Part shown: piece after piece, positions 55,917 through 64,000 of the stretch | How positions within the stretch are numbered: the stretch's first letter is position 1 | Layout of the letters: each line of letters starts with the position of its first letter | Source of the DNA: Candidatus Hydrogenedentota bacterium | Lineage (GTDB): Bacteria > Hydrogenedentota > Hydrogenedentia > Hydrogenedentales > SLHB01 | DNA length: 64,000 nucleotides | Direction of reading: 5' to 3' | Assembly: GCA_963674865.2 (NCBI GenBank) | Contig: CAXXYE010000008.1 | Span: forward strand, 384,001-448,000 | Notes under the pieces: model-generated | Database searches by the model: none | Told to the model about the DNA's origin: nothing | Seen by the model: the letters and a program-made list of their open reading frames with translations, nothing else | Made by a program: the position numbers and the translations under genes

Positions 55917-57146
55917 ATGAAGGATTCCGATAAGACAGGACGGAAAGCGAAGCAGCTGGGCTTCTCCACACGTGCAATCCACGCGGGGGAAGAGCGGCTC
56001 CGCTACGCGGACTCGATCACGACACCCATCGTTCAGACCTCGACCTACGCTTTCAAAGACACCAAGGAGATTGAGGCCTACACCAAGGAAGGAAAGGCCC
56101 GGTTTGAGTACGGACGCTATGGGAATCCCACGGAAACCGTTGCTCAGAACCGCTTAGCCGCTCTCGAAGGGGCCGAGGACTGCGTCGTCTTCAGTTCAGG
56201 CATGAGCGGCATCACCACCACGATTCTCGCTCTCGTCCGCAGCGGCGATCACATTGTGATTACCGATGACGCCTACAAGAAAACTCTCGAGTTCTGCAGC
56301 TCCTATCTCCAGCGCTTCGGCGTGGACTGTACCATTGTGCCTTTCGGCGACTATGACGCCCTGGATAGCGCCGTCACGAGTCGGACTCGCTTCATTTTCT
56401 CCGAATCCCCGACGAATCCTTACCTCAACATCTTCGATCTTAACCGCTTGCGCGGCATCGCCCGAAAGCACAATGTACTCACTCTGATCGACAGTACCTT
56501 CGCCACGCCCTTGAATCAGCGGCCGCTCGAGTTCGGCGTCGACCTGGTGCTGCACAGCTGCACGAAGTACTTAGCGGGGCACAATGATATCCTCGCGGGG
56601 GCCGTCTTCGGCCGGCGCGAACTGGTTGAGGAAGTCCGCGGCCTCCATAAGGCCATCGGCGGCGTCATCGACGCCCATTGCTGCTATCTTCTGCTTCGCG
56701 GCCTTAAGACCTTCGGCGTGCGGATGGGCATCCAGAACGAAACGGCGATGCGGGTGGCTGCGTTTCTCGAAGAACACCCCTGCGTCAAGCGCGTTTACTA
56801 TCCGGGTTTACCTAGCCATCCGCACCATGAGATTGCCCGGGAGCAGATGAGCGGCTTCGGCGGCGTTGTCACCTTCGATATCAAGGGCAACCTTGCCTCT
56901 GCCAAGCGCTTTCTTGACCATCTGAAGCTCTGCTACATCGCCCCAAGCCTGGGCGGCGTGGAGACGTTGATCACGCATCCCGCGATCGTGAGTTATTATG
57001 ACCGCACGCGAAAAGAGCGATACGCTCTCGGCATCACCGACACCCTTATCCGGCTGGCCGTGGGCGTCGAAAATCCCGAAGATATCATCGCGGACCTTGA
57101 TCAGGCGCTTCGGCGAAGCCGTCCCTCAGGCAAAGGCAGGAAATAG
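55917..57146 (+). CDS. metB: Cystathionine gamma-synthase-like PLP enzyme
   Basis: YGRYGNPT, SESPTNP, DSTFATP, HSCTKYLAGHND, SLGGVETL. Confidence 0.85.
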   Translation: MKDSDKTGRKAKQLGFSTRAIHAGEERLRYADSITTPIVQTSTYAFKDTKEIEAYTKEGKARFEYGRYGNPTETVAQNRLAALEGAEDCVVFSSGMSGITTTILALVRSGDHIVITDDAYKKTLEFCSSYLQRFGVDCTIVPFGDYDALDSAVTSRTRFIFSESPTNPYLNIFDLNRLRGIARKHNVLTLIDSTFATPLNQRPLEFGVDLVLHSCTKYLAGHNDILAGAVFGRRELVEEVRGLHKAIGGVIDAHCCYLLLRGLKTFGVRMGIQNETAMRVAAFLEEHPCVKRVYYPGLPSHPHHEIAREQMSGFGGVVTFDIKGNLASAKRFLDHLKLCYIAPSLGGVETLITHPAIVSYYDRTRKERYALGITDTLIRLAVGVENPEDIIADLDQALRRSRPSGKGRK

Positions 57147-57176
57147 GCCGAACACGCCTCCCGAACGGACGACGCT

Positions 57177-59018
57177 ATGCCCAACGAAGATTCGATCGGT
57201 ATCGTTGAGACTAGGTACTTCACTTTCGCCGAGCCTCCCGGCGAGATGCCGCTGGATTGCGGCCGCCGCCTTGGCCCCATCACGCTGGTCTACGAGACGT
57301 ATGGGACGCTCAACGCGGACAAGTCGAACGCCGTTCTGATCGTGCACGCCCTCTCCGGCGATGCCCACGCCGCGGGATACCATGCCCCCGACGACCCCCA
57401 GCCCGGTTGGTGGGATAGCATGATCGGGCCGGGCAAGGGCTTCGACACCGACAAGTACTTCGTGATTTGCTCGAATGTCATCGGCGGGTGTCAGGGATCG
57501 ACGGGGCCCGCTTCCCTCGACCCGGCCACGGGCAAGCCTTACGGACTGTCGTTTCCCATCATCACCATTGCCGACATGGTACGTGCCCAGCGTCATCTCG
57601 TTGAGCACCTCGGCATTGACAAGCTTCTGTGCGTCGCGGGCGGCTCGATGGGGGGCATGCAGGCTCTCGAATGGGCCGCCGCTCACCCGGATAGGCTGCG
57701 GTCGGCCATTGTCATTGCTTCAACGGCCCAGAACAGCGCGCAGTCCATGGCGTTTGACGCCGTCGGCCGCCACGCCATCCAGGCGGATCCGGCCTTCGAG
57801 GCGGGTGATTACTACGGGCGCAACACGCCCGCGCGGGGGCTGTCCATCGCGCGCATGCTCGGCCACATCACCTACCTGTCCGATGAGTCGATGCGCGCCA
57901 AGTTCGGCCGGACGCTCCGCGATGCCAAAGAGTACAGTTACGACTTCGGAAGCGAGTTCTCCGTCGAGACGTACCTGGACTACAAAGGGAGCCGGTTTGT
58001 CGATCGCTTCGATGCTAACTCGTACCTGTACATTACGAAGGCGATCAATTACTTCGACCTGCCCACTCAGTACGGCACGCTGGACGAGGCCATGGCCCGC
58101 GTCCAAAGCAAGCTCCTTGTGCTGTCCTACTCGTCGGATTGGCTTTTCCCGCCTTACCAATCCGAGGATATCGTGTACGCCCTGACGCGCCAGCGCAAGG
58201 ATGTCACGTACTGCAACATCGAGTCCCAATACGGGCACGACGCCTTTCTCCTCGAAGTGGATGTCATGAAAGGGCTGATCTCCGGCTTCCTGGCTTATGC
58301 CATGCCGGGGCGGACGTGCTGTAGTCCCGGCGCGCCCTGCCCATGTTCCGCCACGTCCTCCTCTACGCAGAGCGCGGCGCGGCCCCAGGCGCCCAACAGC
58401 ATCTACGATGGGCGCCGCGTCGATCACGACACCATCGTCCAGCTTATCGACGACGGCGCGCGCGTTCTGGACATTGGCTGCGGCGACGGCGAACTCCTGT
58501 GCAAGTTAATTGCGGAGAAGAGCGTCCGCGGGATGGGGCTTGAACTCGATCAGGAGAACCTCGTCGCGTGCGTGGAGCGAGGCATCTCCGTGGTGCACGC
58601 GGATGTCGACAAGGGACTAAGCGCCTTACCGGATCAGAGCTTCGACTATGTGATCCTCAGCATGACGCTCCAAGTGATCCAGAGGCCCGAGTTCGCCATT
58701 TCCGAGATGCTGCGCGTCGGCCGGCGATGCGTCGTCAGTTTCCCCAATTTCGGCCACTGGAAAGTCCGGTGCAAGCTCCTGGCCCTTGGGCGGGCTCCCG
58801 TGACGCGCAGCTTGCCCTTTGCCTGGCACACCAGTCCCAACCGGCACGTCCTGTCGATCAAGGACTTTCGGCGATTCTGCGGCGAACACCGCATCCGTAT
58901 CGAGAAGGAGATTCCCCTGTCGAGCCGCGGGGCGACGCATCTCGCTCCCAACCTTCTCGCCGACGAGGCCGTCTTCGTCATCGCGGCCGGTGGGCAAGTA
59001 TCGCCGTCCAAGGCGTAG
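57177..59018 (+). CDS. metX: Homoserine O-acetyltransferase fused to a MetW methyltransferase-like domain
   Basis: HALSGDAH, GGSMGG, RFDANSY, GHDAFL; then RVLDIGCGDG, VSFPNFGHW, LPFAW..PN. Confidence 0.93.
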   Translation: MPNEDSIGIVETRYFTFAEPPGEMPLDCGRRLGPITLVYETYGTLNADKSNAVLIVHALSGDAHAAGYHAPDDPQPGWWDSMIGPGKGFDTDKYFVICSNVIGGCQGSTGPASLDPATGKPYGLSFPIITIADMVRAQRHLVEHLGIDKLLCVAGGSMGGMQALEWAAAHPDRLRSAIVIASTAQNSAQSMAFDAVGRHAIQADPAFEAGDYYGRNTPARGLSIARMLGHITYLSDESMRAKFGRTLRDAKEYSYDFGSEFSVETYLDYKGSRFVDRFDANSYLYITKAINYFDLPTQYGTLDEAMARVQSKLLVLSYSSDWLFPPYQSEDIVYALTRQRKDVTYCNIESQYGHDAFLLEVDVMKGLISGFLAYAMPGRTCCSPGAPCPCSATSSSTQSAARPQAPNSIYDGRRVDHDTIVQLIDDGARVLDIGCGDGELLCKLIAEKSVRGMGLELDQENLVACVERGISVVHADVDKGLSALPDQSFDYVILSMTLQVIQRPEFAISEMLRVGRRCVVSFPNFGHWKVRCKLLALGRAPVTRSLPFAWHTSPNRHVLSIKDFRRFCGEHRIRIEKEIPLSSRGATHLAPNLLADEAVFVIAAGGQVSPSKA

Positions 59019-59041
59019 GGGGCCCTTCGCCCCTTGTCGGG

Positions 59042-59923
59042 CTACTGCGCGGCGGCGGGTGCTTCGGCGAGCAAACGACGCAGAAAGGCCTCGAGCGCAT
59101 CCGTGTATCGGCCGCCTGACAATACAAATCCCTCATTGTGCGACCCGCCGATCTCGAGGAATTGCTTGGGCTCATTGGCCAGTTTGAAGAGTTCCCGGCC
59201 ATGGCGGTACGGGGCTATCTCGTCGTCCGGGCTGTGGACGATGAGCACGGGGCACGTTATTCTCGGCATGCACGATGCCACGTCGAACCGGTGGCGGACG
59301 AGCCAACGCACGGGGAAGTATGGATACATCTCTTGGCCGAGTTCCCCCGCCGACAGGAAGGTGCTCTCGACAATCGCCGCGCCGGGCTTGACGCGCGCCG
59401 CAAGCGCCGCCGTTACCGCGCCTCCCAGGGAGCGCCCAAAGACGGCGATGCGCTCCTCAGGAACGCCGCGCTCTTCGACGAGGTAGCGCCACATGGCGTA
59501 GGCGTCCGCGTGGCAGCGCTTCTCGGAAGTCCTGCCAGTGCTCTGCCCGTAGCCTCCGTAGTCATAGACAAGCACATCCAAGCCCATTGCCCGGAATAAG
59601 CCGATGGATTCCAGGCGATCCGCCAGATTGCCGGCATTTCCGTGCGAGAACAGCACGGTTCCCCAAGCATCGGGCGCGGGAATGAACCAGCCGTAGGTGG
59701 ATTTCCCCCGCACGGGCAGCACCACTTCTTCATAGGCCCAGCCCATTTCGTCGGGCGTACGGTATACCTGCCGCGACGCGGGGAAGATGATCTTTCTTTG
59801 CGCCACGAAGAGCGTTCCCGCCAGTCCTACGTAGATCAACACAGCCAGCCAAAACAGGTGCAGCAGCATCCTGACTCCCTTCATTAGCCCGTACTTTTCC
59901 GTCACTTCGGTTCGCTTGCTCAT
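59042..59923 (-). CDS. Membrane-anchored alpha/beta hydrolase
   Basis: HGNAGN, DY.GYG.S, GRSLG, D and H catalytic positions. Confidence 0.9.
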   Translation of the reverse strand: MSKRTEVTEKYGLMKGVRMLLHLFWLAVLIYVGLAGTLFVAQRKIIFPASRQVYRTPDEMGWAYEEVVLPVRGKSTYGWFIPAPDAWGTVLFSHGNAGNLADRLESIGLFRAMGLDVLVYDYGGYGQSTGRTSEKRCHADAYAMWRYLVEERGVPEERIAVFGRSLGGAVTAALAARVKPGAAIVESTFLSAGELGQEMYPYFPVRWLVRHRFDVASCMPRITCPVLIVHSPDDEIAPYRHGRELFKLANEPKQFLEIGGSHNEGFVLSGGRYTDALEAFLRRLLAEAPAAAQ

Positions 59924-60095
59924 TCGTCCCTCCCGGGCCGTCGAATGTGTTGCCGAACTTACAGAACGGAGCACCTAGTCTGGCAGATCGAAACGGCAAA
60001 ACAAAGTCTTGGAGCATTGAGGATTTGGCCAACTTGCACTATTATGAGTTTCGGTACTGGGTGGCGACAGGGGCGACTGACGGGAGGCTGGCGAC

Positions 60096-61337
60096 ATGGC
60101 GCGATTCAAACTGGGATTCATCGGGGCGGGCTTCATCGCGAAGTTTCAGGCCGTGGCCCTCAAACACGTTCGCGGGGCGGACTTGGTGGGCGTCCATGCC
60201 CTCGCCGGCGCGGAAGCGCTTGCCTCCTTCGCCGAAGAGAGCGGCGTGGGCGATTGCCGAACCTACGCGAGCGTCGCCGATTTGTGCAATCAATGCGATG
60301 CCGTGGCCGTGTTCGTGCCGAATTTCGCCCGACTCGATGTTGTCGGGCAGATTGTCGAGGCAGTGAAGGCCGGCGCGCCGCTCAAGGGCATCATCTGCGA
60401 GAAGCCGCTGGGGCGCAGCGTGTCCGAGGCGCGCGAACTCACGGCTTTGGCCAAGGATGCCGGGCTGCCCACGGCCTACTTCGAGAATCAGATTCACATG
60501 AAGGCCATCAAGGCCCAACTCAGCCAACTCGCCCCGCAGCAGCGGGCCATGGGCCCCATCGCCCTTGCCCGAAGCGCCGAAGAGCACGCAGGGCCGCACG
60601 AGCCCTGGTTCTGGGATCCTACGCGGCAGGGGGGCGGCGTCCTGTCCGATATGGGTTGCCACAGCATCGCCGTCGCCTGGTACGTGCTGACGCCCATCGG
60701 GAAGCCGCCTGATTTCCTTCAGCCCGTCTCGGTAACCGCGGAGGTGGGCCTGCTGAAGTGGGGGCGGCCCGAGTGGCGCAAGCAGCTCCTGGACAGCACG
60801 GGCGTCGACTACGCCAAGACGCCCGCGGAGGATTTCGCGACGGGCATGGTGACCTTCCGCAATCCCGAAACCGGCCAACTCGTGAAGGGGCAGTTCACTA
60901 ACTCGTGGATGTACGATAAGCAGGGCCTACGCCTCCTCATGGATGGCATGGGGCCCGGCTACGCCTTCGAGATCAACTCGCTGTTGTCTCCCTTGAGCCT
61001 CTTCATCGGCGATGCCGCGGCGGAGGCCGTAGCCGACGCGGAAACGGCTCTCGAAAAGGCGACGGCCACCCGCGGCCTGCTCACCGTCCAGCCGAACGAG
61101 GCCGATCTGTATGGATATGTGGACGAACTCGAGGACGCCTGCACGGCCTTCCGGGAAGAGCGCGACGCCCTGCTCAATTGGGAGTATGGCCTCGCGATCA
61201 CCAAGCTTGTCCAAGCGGCCTACATGTCCGCCGAGCGCAAGCAGACGATTGATTTGACGGATTCGAGCATTCAGAAGGACCTGGAGTCCTATGAATCGCT
61301 CATCGCGCAGGGGAAGGGCGGCGAGGTGCTTCTGTAG
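60096..61337 (+). CDS. Gfo/Idh/MocA oxidoreductase
   Basis: GFIGAGFI, CEKPL, GGG.LSDMGCH. Confidence 0.9.
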   Translation: MARFKLGFIGAGFIAKFQAVALKHVRGADLVGVHALAGAEALASFAEESGVGDCRTYASVADLCNQCDAVAVFVPNFARLDVVGQIVEAVKAGAPLKGIICEKPLGRSVSEARELTALAKDAGLPTAYFENQIHMKAIKAQLSQLAPQQRAMGPIALARSAEEHAGPHEPWFWDPTRQGGGVLSDMGCHSIAVAWYVLTPIGKPPDFLQPVSVTAEVGLLKWGRPEWRKQLLDSTGVDYAKTPAEDFATGMVTFRNPETGQLVKGQFTNSWMYDKQGLRLLMDGMGPGYAFEINSLLSPLSLFIGDAAAEAVADAETALEKATATRGLLTVQPNEADLYGYVDELEDACTAFREERDALLNWEYGLAITKLVQAAYMSAERKQTIDLTDSSIQKDLESYESLIAQGKGGEVLL

Positions 61338-61374
61338 CTGCCGCGGACTCTGGCCGCAGGGGAGGAGCGAAGCG

Positions 61375-62496
61375 ATGACGTCGAAAGAACGCATGATGCG
61401 GGCGCTGGATCGGGAGAAGCCCGACCGCCTGCCTGCAACGATTCACCAGTGGCAACAGTATCATCTCGACACCTACATGGGCGGCGTCGACCCGCTGACG
61501 GCGTTCCGGCAGACGGGCATGGACGCCGCGATGCAGTACTTCGAGGCCATGGGGCAGTTTTGGATTCCCAACGCTGAGCAGTACATCGTCAGCACGCCGG
61601 AGTGGCGCGAGACTATCGAGGTGGTCGATCCGACGCCGACAAACAAGCTCCTGAACCACACTATCGAGACGCCCGAAGGCACGCTTACCTACAAGACCGG
61701 GGGCAACCTTACCACCACGTGGATCACCGAGTACCTGGTTAAGCGCCATGAGGACCTCGACCTCATCGAGAAGTACATGCCGGTGGCGAAGCTCGACAAG
61801 AAGAACGTCGCCGCGGCCTACGACGAGGTCGGCGACGCGGGCATCCTACGAGGATTCGTCTGGGGCGATCAGGCCGGATGCTGGCAGCACGCCGCGTGCC
61901 TCATCGATATCCAGGAGCTCATCATCGAGACGCTCGAGAATCCCGATTGGGTACATCGCTTCATGAAGATTCTGCTCGAGAAGAAGCTGCGATTCATTGA
62001 GGAATCCTTGAAAGGCGCCAAGTTCGACGTGATCGAGACGGGCGGCGGGTCTTCGAGCGACACCGTCATCTCGCCCGACATCCACCGCGAGTTCTGCTTG
62101 CCCTACGATCGCGAAATGCACCAGGCCGTGCACGATTGCGGCCTGTTGGTGACGTACCACACCTGCGGCGGGATGATGCGGATTCTCAGCTTGATCGCCC
62201 AGAACGAGGCGGACGCCTCTGAAACGCTATCGCCCCCGGGAACGGGCGGCAACATCACGACGCCGGCCGCCGTGCGGGAGGCGTATGCCGGCAAAGTGGC
62301 CATGATCGGCGGGATGGATCAGTTCAATGTCCTCACCACCGGCTCACCGGAGCAGGCCCGCGCTGAGGTCCGTCGGCTTTTCGAGGGATTTGGCGTCGAC
62401 GGCGGGTACATCATGTCCGCTTCGGATCACTTCTTCGACGCACCTGTCGAGAACCTGAAGGCCTACGCCGAAGCCGCTAGGGATTGCGTCTACTGA
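61375..62496 (+). CDS. Uroporphyrinogen decarboxylase-family protein
   Basis: MTSKERM..AL....DRLP, ISP...EF..PY, YHTCG, GGMD, GGYIMS. Confidence 0.85.
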   Translation: MTSKERMMRALDREKPDRLPATIHQWQQYHLDTYMGGVDPLTAFRQTGMDAAMQYFEAMGQFWIPNAEQYIVSTPEWRETIEVVDPTPTNKLLNHTIETPEGTLTYKTGGNLTTTWITEYLVKRHEDLDLIEKYMPVAKLDKKNVAAAYDEVGDAGILRGFVWGDQAGCWQHAACLIDIQELIIETLENPDWVHRFMKILLEKKLRFIEESLKGAKFDVIETGGGSSSDTVISPDIHREFCLPYDREMHQAVHDCGLLVTYHTCGGMMRILSLIAQNEADASETLSPPGTGGNITTPAAVREAYAGKVAMIGGMDQFNVLTTGSPEQARAEVRRLFEGFGVDGGYIMSASDHFFDAPVENLKAYAEAARDCVY

Positions 62497-64000
62497 CGGC
62501 CTGCCGAGAAGGCCATGACGCGCCCACCTCGTACCGGCAGGACGACGTCATTCAGGCCGTCGCCATCGAGGTCCGTGAGCAGGGGAGCGGCATCCACGCG
62601 AGCGCCGACATCGACCTTAATCCACTCATCCCCGTTAGCGTCCAGGCCGTGTAGGCGCCAATCCGCCGCGCCGAACAGGATCTCCTCTACGCCATCGCCG
62701 TTGATATCACCCACGGCGGGAATGGAGCGGATCTGTGCGCCGACCTCCGCACGCCAGACGATATTCCCGCCGCGATCCAACGCCAAGACCTCGTGATTGC
62801 GCGTTGACGCGATGATCAGCGGCACGGCCTCCCCGGCGGTATCTCGGCCCATCACGGGCCGGGGGACGAATCCACTCCCGAGGTCCATTGTCCCGTCCAC
62901 GTCGGTTGTCCACAGCGGAAGGCCCTTGTTCGAGAAGCAAGCCGCCTTCTCGTCATGCGTGCCGGCTAATACCAGCGGGGGCTCGTCGAGCTGCATTCGG
63001 ATCGCCACGGGCGCGGCGATGATATTCGATCCCGCGTCGGCCGTCCAGAGGACTTCGCCGTCAGCGGAGAGGCAGCGCAGCGTGCCCTCGAAATCGCCGA
63101 CGAGTATTTCTTCACGTCCATCGCCGAGGATGTCGCCCACAAAGACCGGCCGGTCGCATCGGTGCTCCGACACCTTCTTGCACCACAGTGTATCGCCCGC
63201 GCCGGACAGCGCCGTCACCTGGCCGTGGTAGTCGGCGTAGAGAATCTCGTCCAAGCCGTCGTCATCGAGGTCGGCGAGTTGCGGGCGCGTCCAATGCCAG
63301 CTTGGGCCGTCCTCGAAGGGCTCGCCTTCGAGTTTCGCCCGCCACAGCAGCACGCCGTCGGCTGACAAGGCGATGATCTTGTGCAACCGAGGCATGGCGG
63401 CCACAATCTCCGGCCGGTCATCGCCCTGAATATCGCCCACGGCGACGCTATGGTATATCTCCGATCCAGCCTCGTATTTCCATCGCAAGTCGCCGCTTGG
63501 CGACAGGCAGATCAGCTCCGGCGCGTTATACGCCGCCACGAGGAGCGATTGGCTCCCATCGGTGTCCGTCAGCAGGGACGGCGTGAGGTAGCATGTTTCA
63601 GGATCGCTTTGGTAGAGCCACTGGCGCCGGGGCGTGACGTCCACCTCGAATGCACTCGTCTCGGCCTGAGAGCACTCCAAGACACAAGTCCCGCGCGATA
63701 CCTCAGCGCCCTTGCGGGCCGTGAGGGTGAATGACGCCTCCTCGCCCGGCGTCAGCGTCAACTTGCGCGGCCGGGCTCGTACACCGTGCGCCGGATGGAT
63801 AGCCACGGTGCATTCCGGCGCGGCCTCCCCGGCGGGCTGCCAGCGGAGCGTGACCTCTTTGGATTCGCCCGGCGCGAGTTCTATGCGCGAGGGGGATACT
63901 TGGAGCGCCGTCTGGCCGAGCAAGTCCGCGGGGGCCTTGTCAAAGAAGAAGTACATCGGCTCGCCGGACAGCTCGACTCGCGCGTTGCCGGGAACCGGAA
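62490..64000 (-). CDS. 5'-truncated protein with FG-GAP/PQQ-like beta-propeller repeats
   Basis: Repeated DLDDDGLDEI / DINGDGVEEI / DLDGDGLNDV motifs and G..LW. The frame stays open to the window edge. Confidence 0.8.
   Translation of the reverse strand, partial: PVPGNARVELSGEPMYFFFDKAPADLLGQTALQVSPSRIELAPGESKEVTLRWQPAGEAAPECTVAIHPAHGVRARPRKLTLTPGEEASFTLTARKGAEVSRGTCVLECSQAETSAFEVDVTPRRQWLYQSDPETCYLTPSLLTDTDGSQSLLVAAYNAPELICLSPSGDLRWKYEAGSEIYHSVAVGDIQGDDRPEIVAAMPRLHKIIALSADGVLLWRAKLEGEPFEDGPSWHWTRPQLADLDDDGLDEILYADYHGQVTALSGAGDTLWCKKVSEHRCDRPVFVGDILGDGREEILVGDFEGTLRCLSADGEVLWTADAGSNIIAAPVAIRMQLDEPPLVLAGTHDEKAACFSNKGLPLWTTDVDGTMDLGSGFVPRPVMGRDTAGEAVPLIIASTRNHEVLALDRGGNIVWRAEVGAQIRSIPAVGDINGDGVEEILFGAADWRLHGLDANGDEWIKVDVGARVDAAPLLTDLDGDGLNDVVLPVRGGRVMAFSAGRQ

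Overview
GC-rich bacterial chromosomal window with two parts. The taxon is inferred as Candidatus Hydrogenedentota-like from 'GCP/GCPP' lipoproteins and a GC...GD-hydrophobic-RRR C-terminal sorting tail; this is not proven. About 1-31.7 kb is an accessory mosaic. It holds carbohydrate-active and secreted proteins, an oxidative-stress set (glutathione peroxidase, lipocalin fusion, katG, PerR-like regulator) and an ArsR/ABC/Cys-His-peptide module. It also holds many mobile relics: tRNA-3'-end-like att cores, a GIY-YIG nuclease embedded in tRNA-Asn-derived repeats, IS1380 and IS3 fragments, repeated ~450 bp elements carrying a type ISP R-M fragment, a ~500 bp duplication and an iteron-like cluster. 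About 31.7-64 kb is mostly core genome: radical SAM-mnmG, ftsH-folP-glmM-pdxJ, mnmA, bactofilin/M23, cysK-metY, amtB-glnK, metB-metX/W. The most notable items are (1) a bacterial lipoprotein fusing a Blc lipocalin to a violaxanthin-de-epoxidase-like Cys-rich plus lipocalin module, (2) two headless ParB-like HTH reading frames that run in frame through tRNA-3'-end cores, (3) the tRNA-fragment/palindrome/GIY-YIG unit and (4) the repeat family that punctuates the cargo genes. No complete tRNA, rRNA or CRISPR array was seen. All family assignments come from motif recognition by eye, without database searches.
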